A stretch of 63,245 bases of DNA, filler included, from Pseudomonadota bacterium (lineage in GTDB: Bacteria > Bdellovibrionota_F > JAHFAK01 > JBDREC01): NCBI GenBank assembly GCA_043820105.1. It is 4 parts of 4 records of this genome, joined end to end, with 100 filler letters (N's around TTAATTAATTAA, not from the genome) between each part and the next. Parts side by side here need not be neighbours in the genome. Positions count along the whole stretch, not along the records: positions 29,530 to 58,426 come from JBDREC010000095.1; 3 more parts are not named here. One strand, written 5' to 3'. Made by a program: the position numbers and the translations under genes. Position 1 is the first letter of the stretch. Each line of letters starts with the position of its first letter. Of this stretch, positions 41,937 to 50,887 are shown piece after piece. The notes beneath the pieces were generated by a model, which was given only the letters and a program-made list of their open reading frames with translations, searched no databases and was not told the DNA's origin.

Positions 41937-44099
41937 ATGTTTACTAAAGACCCCAAATTTAAAGAACTATTTGAAAAAATTAAAGCCTATAATCCAAATT
42001 TTGAAAATTCTTCAATTGAAAGAGCATATAAATTCGCGCAACTAGTCCATAAAGACCAAAAAAGGAAATCCGGGGAACCCTTTTTTGTTCATCCTGTTGA
42101 AGTATCTCTAATCCTGGCCCAACTAAAACTTGACCCAACAACTATAGAAGCTGCCCTTTTACATGACACAGTTGAAGATACAAGTGTAACCATTGATGAT
42201 ATTAAAGAAAACTTTGGCAATGAAACAGCTGAAATTGTTGAAGGTCTGACTAAAATATCTAAAATGAACTTTTCTTCCAGGCATGAAAACCAGGCTGAAA
42301 ATTTCAGAAAAATGCTTTTAGCAATGGCAAAGGACCTAAGGGTTCTTCTTATTAAACTTGCAGATAGACTTCATAACATGCGTACACTGGAACACATGCA
42401 TGAAAGTAAGCAAAGAAGAATAGCAGAAGAAACCCTTGATATTTATGCACCCCTTGCTAACAGACTTGGTATTTCATGGATTAAATTAGAGTTAGAAGAT
42501 CTATGTTTAAGATATTTAAAACCTGAAACATATTATAAATTAGTTGAAAAAATAAATAAGACCAGGAAGGAAAGAGATCGATATATTCACGAAGTTATCA
42601 ATATTTTAGATAAAGAAGTAAAAAAATATAAAATTAAAGCAGAGATTTCTGGAAGACCAAAACACTTTTATAGTATTTATAGAAAAATGGAAACTCGTAA
42701 TCTTGAATTTGAGCAAATTCACGATTTAATTGCATTTAGAGCTGTAGTTGATAATATTACAGAATGCTACGAAGTGCTTGGTGTTTTACACTCAATCTGG
42801 AAACCTGTACCTGGCCGCTTTAAAGATTATATAGCTATTCCCAAGCCAAACCTTTATCAATCTCTGCACACGACCTTGATTGGACCACATGGAGAAAGGG
42901 TTGAAGTTCAAATTAGAACAGGGGATATGCATGACATCGCTGAAGTTGGTGTTGCTGCTCACTGGGCTTATAAAGAAGGCAAAAATACTGTAAAAAAAGA
43001 AAAGAACATGAAACTAGGCTGGTTAAACCAGCTCATGGAATGGCAATCAGATCTTGAAGATCCGACAGAATTTTTACAAACAGTGAAAGTTGATTTGTTT
43101 CCAGAGGAAGTTTATGTCTTTACTCCAAGAGGTGAAGTTAAAGATTTTCCAAAGGGTGCAACCCCAATAGATTTTGCCTATTCGGTTCATAGTGACGTTG
43201 GTTATAAATGTACTGGAGCTAAAGTTAATGGAAGAATAGTACCATTAAAATACAAGCTTCAAAATGGTGAAACCATTGAAATCTTAACCAGTGAACATCA
43301 GAAACCAAATAAGGATTGGCTTTCATTTGTAGTTACATCAAAGGCAAAAACAAAAATTCGCCAGGTTATAAAATCAGAACAGCGAGACAGAAGCAAAGCC
43401 CTGGGAAAAGAAATCCTTGATAGGGAATTGAGAAAATTTAGTCATTCTTTACCAAAACTTGAAAAAGCTGGTGAAATCAATAAAATTGCAAGCCAATTCA
43501 AACTAACAACCCAGGATGAAATTTACATTGCCCTGGGATATGGAAAAATTCAAGCAGATTCAGTTGTCAAAAAACTCTATCCTGAAGATTATATTGAAAA
43601 AGCTGAAGAAGAACATTCATTTATAAAAGACATCATTAAAAAGGTTTCAAAAAAACAAAAATCCTCTATTGTGATAACAGGCATAGATGATATTCTAACT
43701 AGATTTGGAAAATGCTGTAATCCAGTTTATGGTGATGCAATAGTCGGATACATTACACGAGGTCGTGGTGTTACAATCCATACAACAGATTGCTCAAAAG
43801 CCTTAGAAATTGATCCAGCAAGAAAAATTGACATCCAATGGAATGAAAAAATAAAAACCGCAAGAAATGTTAAGATAAGAGTAGTCTCAATTGACACTGC
43901 TGGCCTCCTTGCAAAGATGACAAAGGCAATCAGCAATCATCATGGCAATATAGTCCAGGCAAATATTCGAACAACCAAGGACAAAAAAGCTATAAATACC
44001 TTTGAAATTAATATTAAAGATACTTCCGCACTTTACAGTATGCTCAAGGATCTTGAAAAGATTAATGGTATCATTTCAGCTGAAAGAGTGAAAAATTAA
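41937..44099 (+). CDS. rel: Bifunctional (p)ppGpp synthetase/hydrolase
   Basis: LLHDTVED hydrolase, RFKDYI, YQSLHT, TGS and ACT domains. Confidence 0.95.
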   Translation: MFTKDPKFKELFEKIKAYNPNFENSSIERAYKFAQLVHKDQKRKSGEPFFVHPVEVSLILAQLKLDPTTIEAALLHDTVEDTSVTIDDIKENFGNETAEIVEGLTKISKMNFSSRHENQAENFRKMLLAMAKDLRVLLIKLADRLHNMRTLEHMHESKQRRIAEETLDIYAPLANRLGISWIKLELEDLCLRYLKPETYYKLVEKINKTRKERDRYIHEVINILDKEVKKYKIKAEISGRPKHFYSIYRKMETRNLEFEQIHDLIAFRAVVDNITECYEVLGVLHSIWKPVPGRFKDYIAIPKPNLYQSLHTTLIGPHGERVEVQIRTGDMHDIAEVGVAAHWAYKEGKNTVKKEKNMKLGWLNQLMEWQSDLEDPTEFLQTVKVDLFPEEVYVFTPRGEVKDFPKGATPIDFAYSVHSDVGYKCTGAKVNGRIVPLKYKLQNGETIEILTSEHQKPNKDWLSFVVTSKAKTKIRQVIKSEQRDRSKALGKEILDRELRKFSHSLPKLEKAGEINKIASQFKLTTQDEIYIALGYGKIQADSVVKKLYPEDYIEKAEEEHSFIKDIIKKVSKKQKSSIVITGIDDILTRFGKCCNPVYGDAIVGYITRGRGVTIHTTDCSKALEIDPARKIDIQWNEKIKTARNVKIRVVSIDTAGLLAKMTKAISNHHGNIVQANIRTTKDKKAINTFEINIKDTSALYSMLKDLEKINGIISAERVKN

Positions 44100-44326
44100 A
44101 ATTAATGAGTAAGGATTTGTGGATCATCTCCAATCTGAGGACCTAAGCTCTAAACTGAGTATATAAAACAGTCTTTTTTCCGAATTAAAAATGGGAAATA
44201 CATACACTTAATGCTAACCTAGAGGTTTTTTTTTATGTATAGAAATATTTATTTTAATTTGAATATCATGGAATAGATGGATTGGTATTGTTTTTTTAGA
44301 GTTAAGATAGAAGATAAAGATCTTTC

Positions 44327-45013
44327 TTAAACTTCTTCGAGTTGGCACTCAGAAAGAAGATTATCCGGATTTTGCTCCCCAATATATTTACCAACAGAGA
44401 CCCTAGCCGGCCTAACAACCATGTCTTCCATCAAATATCCATCTTGATGTATATTTAAAACAATATCATCGTCTTCTTCTTTCTGACTGGGAACAACATC
44501 TATTGCTTCTGAAGTTTTTGGGTCAAATTTTTGGCCAGCAAGTTCCATTTTTTGGATTTTATTATCTTTTAGTTTTTCCATAAACTGAGATTGAATCATT
44601 TTTATGCCGCTTAAAAAATCCTCGAAGTTTTGATTTTTATCAGCGAATTCAATGGAGCGATCCAAATTATCGATCAGATTTAATAATGATTGAAAAAACC
44701 CTGCCTTGCTTTGATTTACTTGTTTTTCAAGATATCTTTCTTGTCTTTTTCGTACTTGATCTTGTTCATTTTTGAAAGCTCTAAATTGATTTAGGCATTC
44801 TTGAAGCTTTTGATCTTTTGCTTTGTTTTCTTCAATTAATTTTTCGACATATTTGGGAAATTTTTTCTTTTGTGAAGCGTCAGTTTTTGTATCTTTATCT
44901 TCATTTTCATTTACCCAAAATCTTTTATCAGAAACAGTAAAGCTCTTTTTTACTTCAGCTTCTATCATTTCTTTCATCTTGTTTTTCTTTTTTTCTTTTT
45001 TCTTCATAATCAA
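44327..45013 (-). CDS. grpE: Nucleotide exchange factor GrpE
   Basis: DNLDRSI, FDP, GYLMEDMVVRPARVSV; exact start uncertain. Confidence 0.9.
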   Translation of the reverse strand: MIMKKKEKKKNKMKEMIEAEVKKSFTVSDKRFWVNENEDKDTKTDASQKKKFPKYVEKLIEENKAKDQKLQECLNQFRAFKNEQDQVRKRQERYLEKQVNQSKAGFFQSLLNLIDNLDRSIEFADKNQNFEDFLSGIKMIQSQFMEKLKDNKIQKMELAGQKFDPKTSEAIDVVPSQKEEDDDIVLNIHQDGYLMEDMVVRPARVSVGKYIGEQNPDNLLSECQLEEV

Positions 45014-45031
45014 GGCTGCACCTGAAAAAAT

Positions 45032-45421
45032 TTATTTTATTGCTGGAATAATAAACTTAAAAATTTTACCTGTTAAATTATTTTGCTGAAAAAAAACTTC
45101 AGTTTTATGCTTATTTTGCAAAAAATCAGATGGAACACAGGTTATTCTTAATAAGTTTTGTTGTTTGTGGCGTTCAATACTTGGAAATTGAGCCGTTTTC
45201 TCTTCTTCATCCTCAAAAATAAACTCTTCTTTAAATTTAGAGTAAATATAATTAGAAAGCAACGAGTTGAAATAATTGCTTTTTTTAGAATATACCGGCA
45301 GATTAACCTTTTCACCAAACAAACTCTTGGCAAGGCTTTCCTTTTCTTCTTTAAATAGATTTTTATCTATAACAACTTCTATAATTGAAATATTTTCCAT
45401 AATAATATGGTAAATAATCAT
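45032..45421 (-). CDS. Hypothetical protein
   Basis: 129-aa ORF co-oriented with neighbours. Confidence 0.45.
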   Translation of the reverse strand: MIIYHIIMENISIIEVVIDKNLFKEEKESLAKSLFGEKVNLPVYSKKSNYFNSLLSNYIYSKFKEEFIFEDEEEKTAQFPSIERHKQQNLLRITCVPSDFLQNKHKTEVFFQQNNLTGKIFKFIIPAIK

Positions 45422-45466
45422 TATATGGAATAAGTCAACTGATTAAGATTAAGTTTATGAATAAGA

Positions 45467-45973
45467 TTATGATTTATATGCCTTACCTAAGTTGACATAC
45501 TCTGCTGCGTTTTCTTTAATCATTGCGACGGCTCCATTACCCAGCGTTTTCACGACTTTGCCTGGAACTCCGACAACAAGGCTATTGTCTTCTATTTTTG
45601 ACTTTGGAGCAAGAACTGCGCCTGAGCCAATTACACAGTTTCTTCCAATCACACAACCATCATTTAACACAGCACCCATCCCAATCAAAGTATTATCACC
45701 AATTATGGAGCCATGAACAACTGCATTGTGGCCAACCGTTACATACTCACCAAGCTTTGTTTTAAATTCATTGCTAACATGAATGCATGCACAATCTTGA
45801 ACATTTGAATTAGCTCCAATTTCAATTTCATTTATATCAGCACGCAGGACAGCATTAAACCAAATTGTAGCGCCAGCTGCTACTTTAACATTACCTATTA
45901 AAGCAGCTCCATCAGCCACAAATGCCTTATCATTAATTTCAGGTTTTGTTTCCTTAAAAACATGAAGTGCCAT
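45467..45973 (-). CDS. Gamma carbonic anhydrase family protein
   Basis: Hexapeptide repeats, NVQD..IH, TVGHNAVVHG. Confidence 0.9.
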   Translation of the reverse strand: MALHVFKETKPEINDKAFVADGAALIGNVKVAAGATIWFNAVLRADINEIEIGANSNVQDCACIHVSNEFKTKLGEYVTVGHNAVVHGSIIGDNTLIGMGAVLNDGCVIGRNCVIGSGAVLAPKSKIEDNSLVVGVPGKVVKTLGNGAVAMIKENAAEYVNLGKAYKS

Positions 45974-46003
45974 GATTTTACCTCCATTTTTAATAATTTA
46001 TTG

Positions 46004-46402
46004 TTATTCCGAATTTGTTTCAGAATCTAGTTTCTTAATAATAAAATAATAGATATACACACCCAAAACCCCGCCAATTGCATCAAATACCATATCAACT
46101 ATACTAAAATATCTTCCTGGAACAAAAAACTGGTGCACTTCATCACTAATACCATATAATGTAGTAATCAAGATCGTATATTGAGGAAGGCGAATATTTG
46201 GAAAGCTAAATCTTAATGCTCTAACTAAAAGAAATGAAAAAACTGCATATTCAATAAAATGATAAAGCTTGTCTGCATTCCAAAATTCAAAAGGTACTGG
46301 TGGACGTTCAAGGCTAGAAAGATAAAAAATTAGTCCTGCGTAAGCTAAAATTGGAAACCAAAACCATAGAAGGGTTTTACATTTTATATTTACCAAATTC
46401 AT
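46004..46402 (-). CDS. VanZ family membrane protein
   Basis: DKLYHFIEY, DEVHQFFVPGR. Confidence 0.85.
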   Translation of the reverse strand: MNLVNIKCKTLLWFWFPILAYAGLIFYLSSLERPPVPFEFWNADKLYHFIEYAVFSFLLVRALRFSFPNIRLPQYTILITTLYGISDEVHQFFVPGRYFSIVDMVFDAIGGVLGVYIYYFIIKKLDSETNSE

Positions 46403-46868
46403 TCTCCGAAAGTTCTTTTAATAGATCTCTCCATTTAGCTGCATCCTGAGATCTTCCTGCTTTTTTAGGATCTACCGGTTTATCAAATGTTAAAAGCTTT
46501 TTATTTACTAATATTTCAGCCTTTTCCCTTAAGGCAATTGCAATTGCATCAGATGGTCTTAAATCAAGGCGTATTTTTTTTCTGCCTTTTTTTAAATTAA
46601 TAAATGCATAGTAAGTATTATCAAGAATGTCAGCAATTTCAACTGACTCAACGTTTACTTCTAATTTATTTAGCATCGTCTTAATAAAATCATGAGTCAT
46701 TGGTCTTTCAAGCTTAATATCTTCAAGCACAGTGGCAATTGCGCTTGCTTCAAACAAACCGATCCAAATTGGAATTGTAAATTTTCCACTTTTATTTGCT
46801 AATAAAACAAAGGGGATATTTGTAACCGGGTCAACTGAAAGTTCGATGGCTTTCATTTTTATAAACAT
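46377..46868 (-). CDS. Bifunctional nuclease family (DUF151)
   Basis: IPIWIG.FEA, RPMTHD, RPSDAIAIA. Confidence 0.9.
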   Translation of the reverse strand: MFIKMKAIELSVDPVTNIPFVLLANKSGKFTIPIWIGLFEASAIATVLEDIKLERPMTHDFIKTMLNKLEVNVESVEIADILDNTYYAFINLKKGRKKIRLDLRPSDAIAIALREKAEILVNKKLLTFDKPVDPKKAGRSQDAAKWRDLLKELSENEFGKYKM

Positions 46869-46883
46869 TTAGGGCTCCTTTTA

Positions 46884-46907
46884 GAGAACAAGAGAACAAG
46901 GGAACAG
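46884..46907 (+). repeat. 8-bp tandem repeat, 3 units
   Basis: gagaacaa gagaacaa gggaacag. Confidence 0.7.
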
Positions 46908-46929
46908 GGAAAGATGAAGAGCTAAAACC

Positions 46930-46954
46930 GTCATCCTGAACTTGTTTCAGGATC
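46930..46954 (+). repeat. 25-bp REP-like palindrome, copy 1
   Basis: GTCATCCTGAACTTGTTTCAGGATC; exact reverse complement at 53871-53895. Confidence 0.85.
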
Positions 46955-48277
46955 CAGTGCCTTTCCAAACAAAGAATGATTGTTCACTTGTGTAATTTCA
47001 CACTTAATAACTTGTCCAATTAGTTCTTTATTTCCTGCAAAATTTACTATTTTATTTGTATCTGTTCGTCCTGTCAGTTCTTCTTTATTTAATTTACTTG
47101 TGTTTTCAACTAAAACTTCAACTGTCTTTTTTAAATATTTTCGATCAACTTCATTTGTTATTTCATCTTGAATATTGTGTATTTTTTCAAGTCTTTGCTT
47201 TTTTTTGCCAAGATCTAATTCATCTTTAAAGCCAAAAGCCTTTGTATTCTTTCTTGGAGAATAAACAAATGAAAAAATATTATCAAATCTTACTTGCTTT
47301 AAAAGATCACAAGTCGCTTGGAAATCTTCATCTGTCTCGCCAGGGAAAGCGACAATAATATCGGTTGTAATAGCAATATCAGGTCTATTGGCTCTTAACT
47401 TATCAATAATTTTAAAATAATCTGCTGATTTATATTTTCTATTCATAAGCTCAAGAATTCTATCTGATCCTGATTGGACAGGAAGATGGATGGCACTTGC
47501 TAGCTTATTGTTTGTAGAAAACAAACTAATCAATTCATCTGAAATATCCTTTGGATGGCTTGTTACAAAACGAATTCGCAAAAGGCCATCAATTTCTGAA
47601 ATTAAAGATATTAGCTCAGGAAACCTTGTGATTGATCCATTCTCAGAGGACCTATATGAATTAACGTTCTGGCCAAGCAAGGTTACTTCACGAGTACCAA
47701 GACTTACCATTTTTTTAACTTCCTCAACAATTTCATTTGAATTTCTACTAATTTCAAGACCTCTAACATAAGGCACAATGCAATAGCTACAGTAATTATT
47801 ACAGCCATGCATAATTGAAATCATTTCAGATGTTTTTGCTGTGCGCTCAATAGGATTAAACTTGGAAAAAGAAAATTCATCTGCTTTCATTTCTAAAATT
47901 ACTGTCTTTTTACTAGCTTTTTCATGCTTAGCTACAATCTCAGAAAGCCTATGAAGCTGATGCGTTCCCAAAACAAAATTAACATAAGGATATTTTTCAA
48001 TAACCTGCTTGCCCTCTTCTTGTGCTACACAACCTGCAAAACCTATTATTAAATCTTTTCTATCCTCTTTTATTTGTTTTGCACGACCTAAAAAAGAAAA
48101 AGCTTTGTGAGCTGCCTTTTCACGGATGCTACAAGTATTTAACAATACAAGATCAGCCTCAGAAGGCCTCCCACACAAAACATAATCATCTTTAGCAAGA
48201 ATCTGAAACATCCGCTCAGAATCCAAATCATTCATCTGACAGCCAAATGTTTTTATATAAACCTTTTTCATTTTCAT
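46931..48277 (-). CDS. miaB: tRNA-2-methylthio-N6-dimethylallyladenosine synthase
   Basis: TFGCQMN, NTCSIRE, GCNNYCSYC radical-SAM motif, TRAM domain. Confidence 0.95.
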   Translation of the reverse strand: MKMKKVYIKTFGCQMNDLDSERMFQILAKDDYVLCGRPSEADLVLLNTCSIREKAAHKAFSFLGRAKQIKEDRKDLIIGFAGCVAQEEGKQVIEKYPYVNFVLGTHQLHRLSEIVAKHEKASKKTVILEMKADEFSFSKFNPIERTAKTSEMISIMHGCNNYCSYCIVPYVRGLEISRNSNEIVEEVKKMVSLGTREVTLLGQNVNSYRSSENGSITRFPELISLISEIDGLLRIRFVTSHPKDISDELISLFSTNNKLASAIHLPVQSGSDRILELMNRKYKSADYFKIIDKLRANRPDIAITTDIIVAFPGETDEDFQATCDLLKQVRFDNIFSFVYSPRKNTKAFGFKDELDLGKKKQRLEKIHNIQDEITNEVDRKYLKKTVEVLVENTSKLNKEELTGRTDTNKIVNFAGNKELIGQVIKCEITQVNNHSLFGKALDPETSSG

Positions 48278-48388
48278 CTAATTTCAATCAGTTAAAAGCC
48301 TTTTGTTGTCTACACTTTATAGGAAATGAGTCAAGGAAAAATAGTTGCTGGTAGCTTGTAGGAATCGTTCACAATCAGATATTATCCC

Positions 48389-48450
48389 TTGTTCTCTTGT
48401 TCTCTTGTTCTCTTGTGCTCTTGTTCCCTTGTTCCCTTGCGCCCTTGTAC
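48389..48450 (-). repeat. 8-bp tandem repeat, 7-8 units (reverse orientation)
   Basis: (ttgttctc)x3 ttgtgctc (ttgttccc)x2 ttgcgccc. Confidence 0.9.
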
Positions 48451-48569
48451 TTCAACTTGACTGGTCACTGGCGCCCTGGCAACTGGCGCGCCTTGTCATT
48501 TTACCATTGACACTCATTGCGCATGGTGTTATTAGCTCATCTATCATTAACCGAACTATGGGGCGTACT

Positions 48570-49172
48570 ATGAAAATTATCATTACTAGAATTCTATTAT
48601 TTCTAAGCTTAGCATTTTCTTTTATTCCATTTTTAGCACTAAGCATGGAAAAACCAACTTTTCCTGAAGAATGCACCGATTTTTCAGGCATTTATGAAAT
48701 GACCGAAGATTGCGAATTCGTTGGCGATAAAGGAAAACCCTGGCCAAAAGTCTGGATTATTATTCAAGATGGATGCAATAGTGTTTCATGGATATATGCA
48801 GGGCTAGATGAAGGAACAGTTACAGGTGGTGGAACAATTGGCTTTCCCTTTGTCGGAATCGCTCCTTTAATTGGAATAATTTATCCGGCATTAAAAGTTA
48901 AATCTAATTCTAAATGGCTAGATGCTAATGCAACTGAAATTGCCTATTCAATGGCCTTTTCTAAAAATATTCCAATAGATGGATTTGATTTTGATAAATA
49001 TACAATGGTTGGGAAATGGTCCATGGAAAATGGATTATTTGTAAACACCATGGTGGAATTAACTGAAGATAAAGTTGATTTATTAGAGCTAGAAGGCAAA
49101 GAATCTATTACCTGCAAATATGCTCCTGCTAATATTTCAAATGATTTAATTAAGCTTGTGGGAAAAAACTAG
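48570..49172 (+). CDS. Hypothetical secreted protein
   Basis: Signal peptide MKIIITRILLF...ALS; longer ORF-track start runs through the tandem repeat. Confidence 0.65.
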   Translation: MKIIITRILLFLSLAFSFIPFLALSMEKPTFPEECTDFSGIYEMTEDCEFVGDKGKPWPKVWIIIQDGCNSVSWIYAGLDEGTVTGGGTIGFPFVGIAPLIGIIYPALKVKSNSKWLDANATEIAYSMAFSKNIPIDGFDFDKYTMVGKWSMENGLFVNTMVELTEDKVDLLELEGKESITCKYAPANISNDLIKLVGKN

Positions 49173-49193
49173 TATTGATTTATATAAGACAAA

Positions 49194-49388
49194 CTATAAC
49201 CAAATAGCGAATAAGGCCATATAAATAAGGCCAGCTCCAATAAAAATACCTGCTGAAAAACTATTGCCATATGAAAAAATTACTTCGCATTTGATTCAAT
49301 AGTTTTTCATAAAATGAAACATGATACCTAAAAAAACGATAAAATACATTAAGATATTCGCCAGATAAAAGGTCATTGTTATGTTCAT
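49194..49388 (-). pseudogene. ZIP-family metal transporter N-terminal remnant
   Basis: Own translation with internal TGA at 49296-49298; SYGNSFSAGIFIGAGLIYM resembles ZIP TM2. Confidence 0.4.
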
Positions 49389-49504
49389 AATGATCTGAAT
49401 CTAAACAATAATCATTTTAAACCTTAGTGCAATTAAAATTAAAAAAGTATGTGTTCCCCTTATTTATTTTGTAAGCAAAATGCCAAGTTCGCCACTGAGT
49501 GACT

Positions 49505-49547
49505 CGGGACATAGTTTACACTTTATACCGGGCACATAGTTTACACT
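49505..49547. mobile_element. Direct repeat pair resembling an IS481-family end
   Basis: ACATAGTTTACACT twice (reverse TGTAAACTATGT); no transposase. Confidence 0.45.
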
Positions 49548-49618
49548 CACTATATATAATTTTCTGAAGATTTAGATAAAACTTGTCTAATAATTATCCA
49601 ATTAGGATTATTTAATCA

Positions 49619-50623
49619 CTAATTTAAAGCCAAAGGTAAGACCTTTTTTCCTGAAATCTGGCCAATTTTTCTCGATGAAAATATCATATCTACAGTTTCA
49701 AGAATCGGTGAATAATCACGAGCAATCAACTCCCCTTCTTGAATATCAAACAATTCATAATAAAGTTCCATTAAACAAAATACCGAATCCCCAACAGGCT
49801 CATGCTTGTGAGAAACACCAACAATATCCTTGCCTTCTTTATTGTTATCAAGCCTCAAGTATGTCTTCATTGATAGCGAGTTACATTTAAAACTGCCATT
49901 TCCATCCAATTCATGCTTCCTACATAGAGATTGTAAATCTGTGCATAAATTATTAAGAGTATCAAAAAGCTTAAGACTTGAATTCAGGATGTCCAGGCTA
50001 TTATCAAAAGAAAAAATAAATCCCAAAACTTCTTGATCTGGAAAAATAAAACAGCCTTTTTTCAGCATTAAATTATGATAAATATACTCTTGAATATTAT
50101 GGATATAAAATGTTTTAATTTTAGCCTTGGTGAAAAAAGAAGAAAACTCAGGGGCGAAGTCTCTAATCTCAGGTACAAATGACTTAATAGGATCATCCTT
50201 AATTTCTTTTAAACTTATTGTAATATCATATCTTCCAATATCAGTAGGATTCATAATACATGGATCTTTTTTAATATCTTTAAATATCACTCTTTTCTTT
50301 TTTGGTGTGTGAGTCAGATGAATTGTCATTGTATTGGGGACTGAGAAACGTGAAAACCCTAAAACAGCGATTTCAAGTTCGTGATCAATAGTATCACACA
50401 GGCTTTTTAAGGCTTCAATAGCCGTATCATTAGAGATATTATTTTTACGCAAAAATCTTGATGCCTTTTTATCAATCTCAATTGGGTAGGTGCACCCTTC
50501 TAATAAAAATCTCTCCTTAAGTTGACCTGTATTATCTTGTACTTTTTCTTTTTCTAGTGAAAAAGCTTGGTATGAATAAAATAAAAAAACAAAGCCTAAT
50601 AAATATATTAATTTCTTTGTCAT
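49619..50623 (-). CDS. Hypothetical secreted protein
   Basis: GGAG RBS, signal peptide ending AFS; sigma54-like TGGTAT-N5-TGGCT at 50694-50709. Confidence 0.65.
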   Translation of the reverse strand: MTKKLIYLLGFVFLFYSYQAFSLEKEKVQDNTGQLKERFLLEGCTYPIEIDKKASRFLRKNNISNDTAIEALKSLCDTIDHELEIAVLGFSRFSVPNTMTIHLTHTPKKKRVIFKDIKKDPCIMNPTDIGRYDITISLKEIKDDPIKSFVPEIRDFAPEFSSFFTKAKIKTFYIHNIQEYIYHNLMLKKGCFIFPDQEVLGFIFSFDNSLDILNSSLKLFDTLNNLCTDLQSLCRKHELDGNGSFKCNSLSMKTYLRLDNNKEGKDIVGVSHKHEPVGDSVFCLMELYYELFDIQEGELIARDYSPILETVDMIFSSRKIGQISGKKVLPLALN

Positions 50624-50887
50624 AAATGCTCCTAAATCTTAGATAATAAAAACAGCCTAATATCTTTTTAAATAAGGCTATATAAATGAATATAGCCAAA
50701 AACATACCAAAAAAGACACCAAAGATAAGCTACTAAAACTTAAGGCTTTATTAAAACAAACAGATAATTCTTTTTTTCAAAAGAAGTAATATCTCTATTT
50801 TCTTGATAAAAGATGTCGCATTAAGGACAACCCAAACTACAGATAGAAAGCAAAACCGCCTGCAAAAAGTAATTTTTCCACTTTATT

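Noticed and set aside
44100-44326. Possible ncRNA between rel and grpE
   Set aside because: No recognisable family motif; only a weak hairpin followed by a T-run
48345-48569. N-terminal extension of ORF 48345-49172 (CSLVLLFSCALVPLFP)
   Set aside because: Translation of the 8-bp tandem repeat; the plausible start is ATG 48570 with a signal peptide
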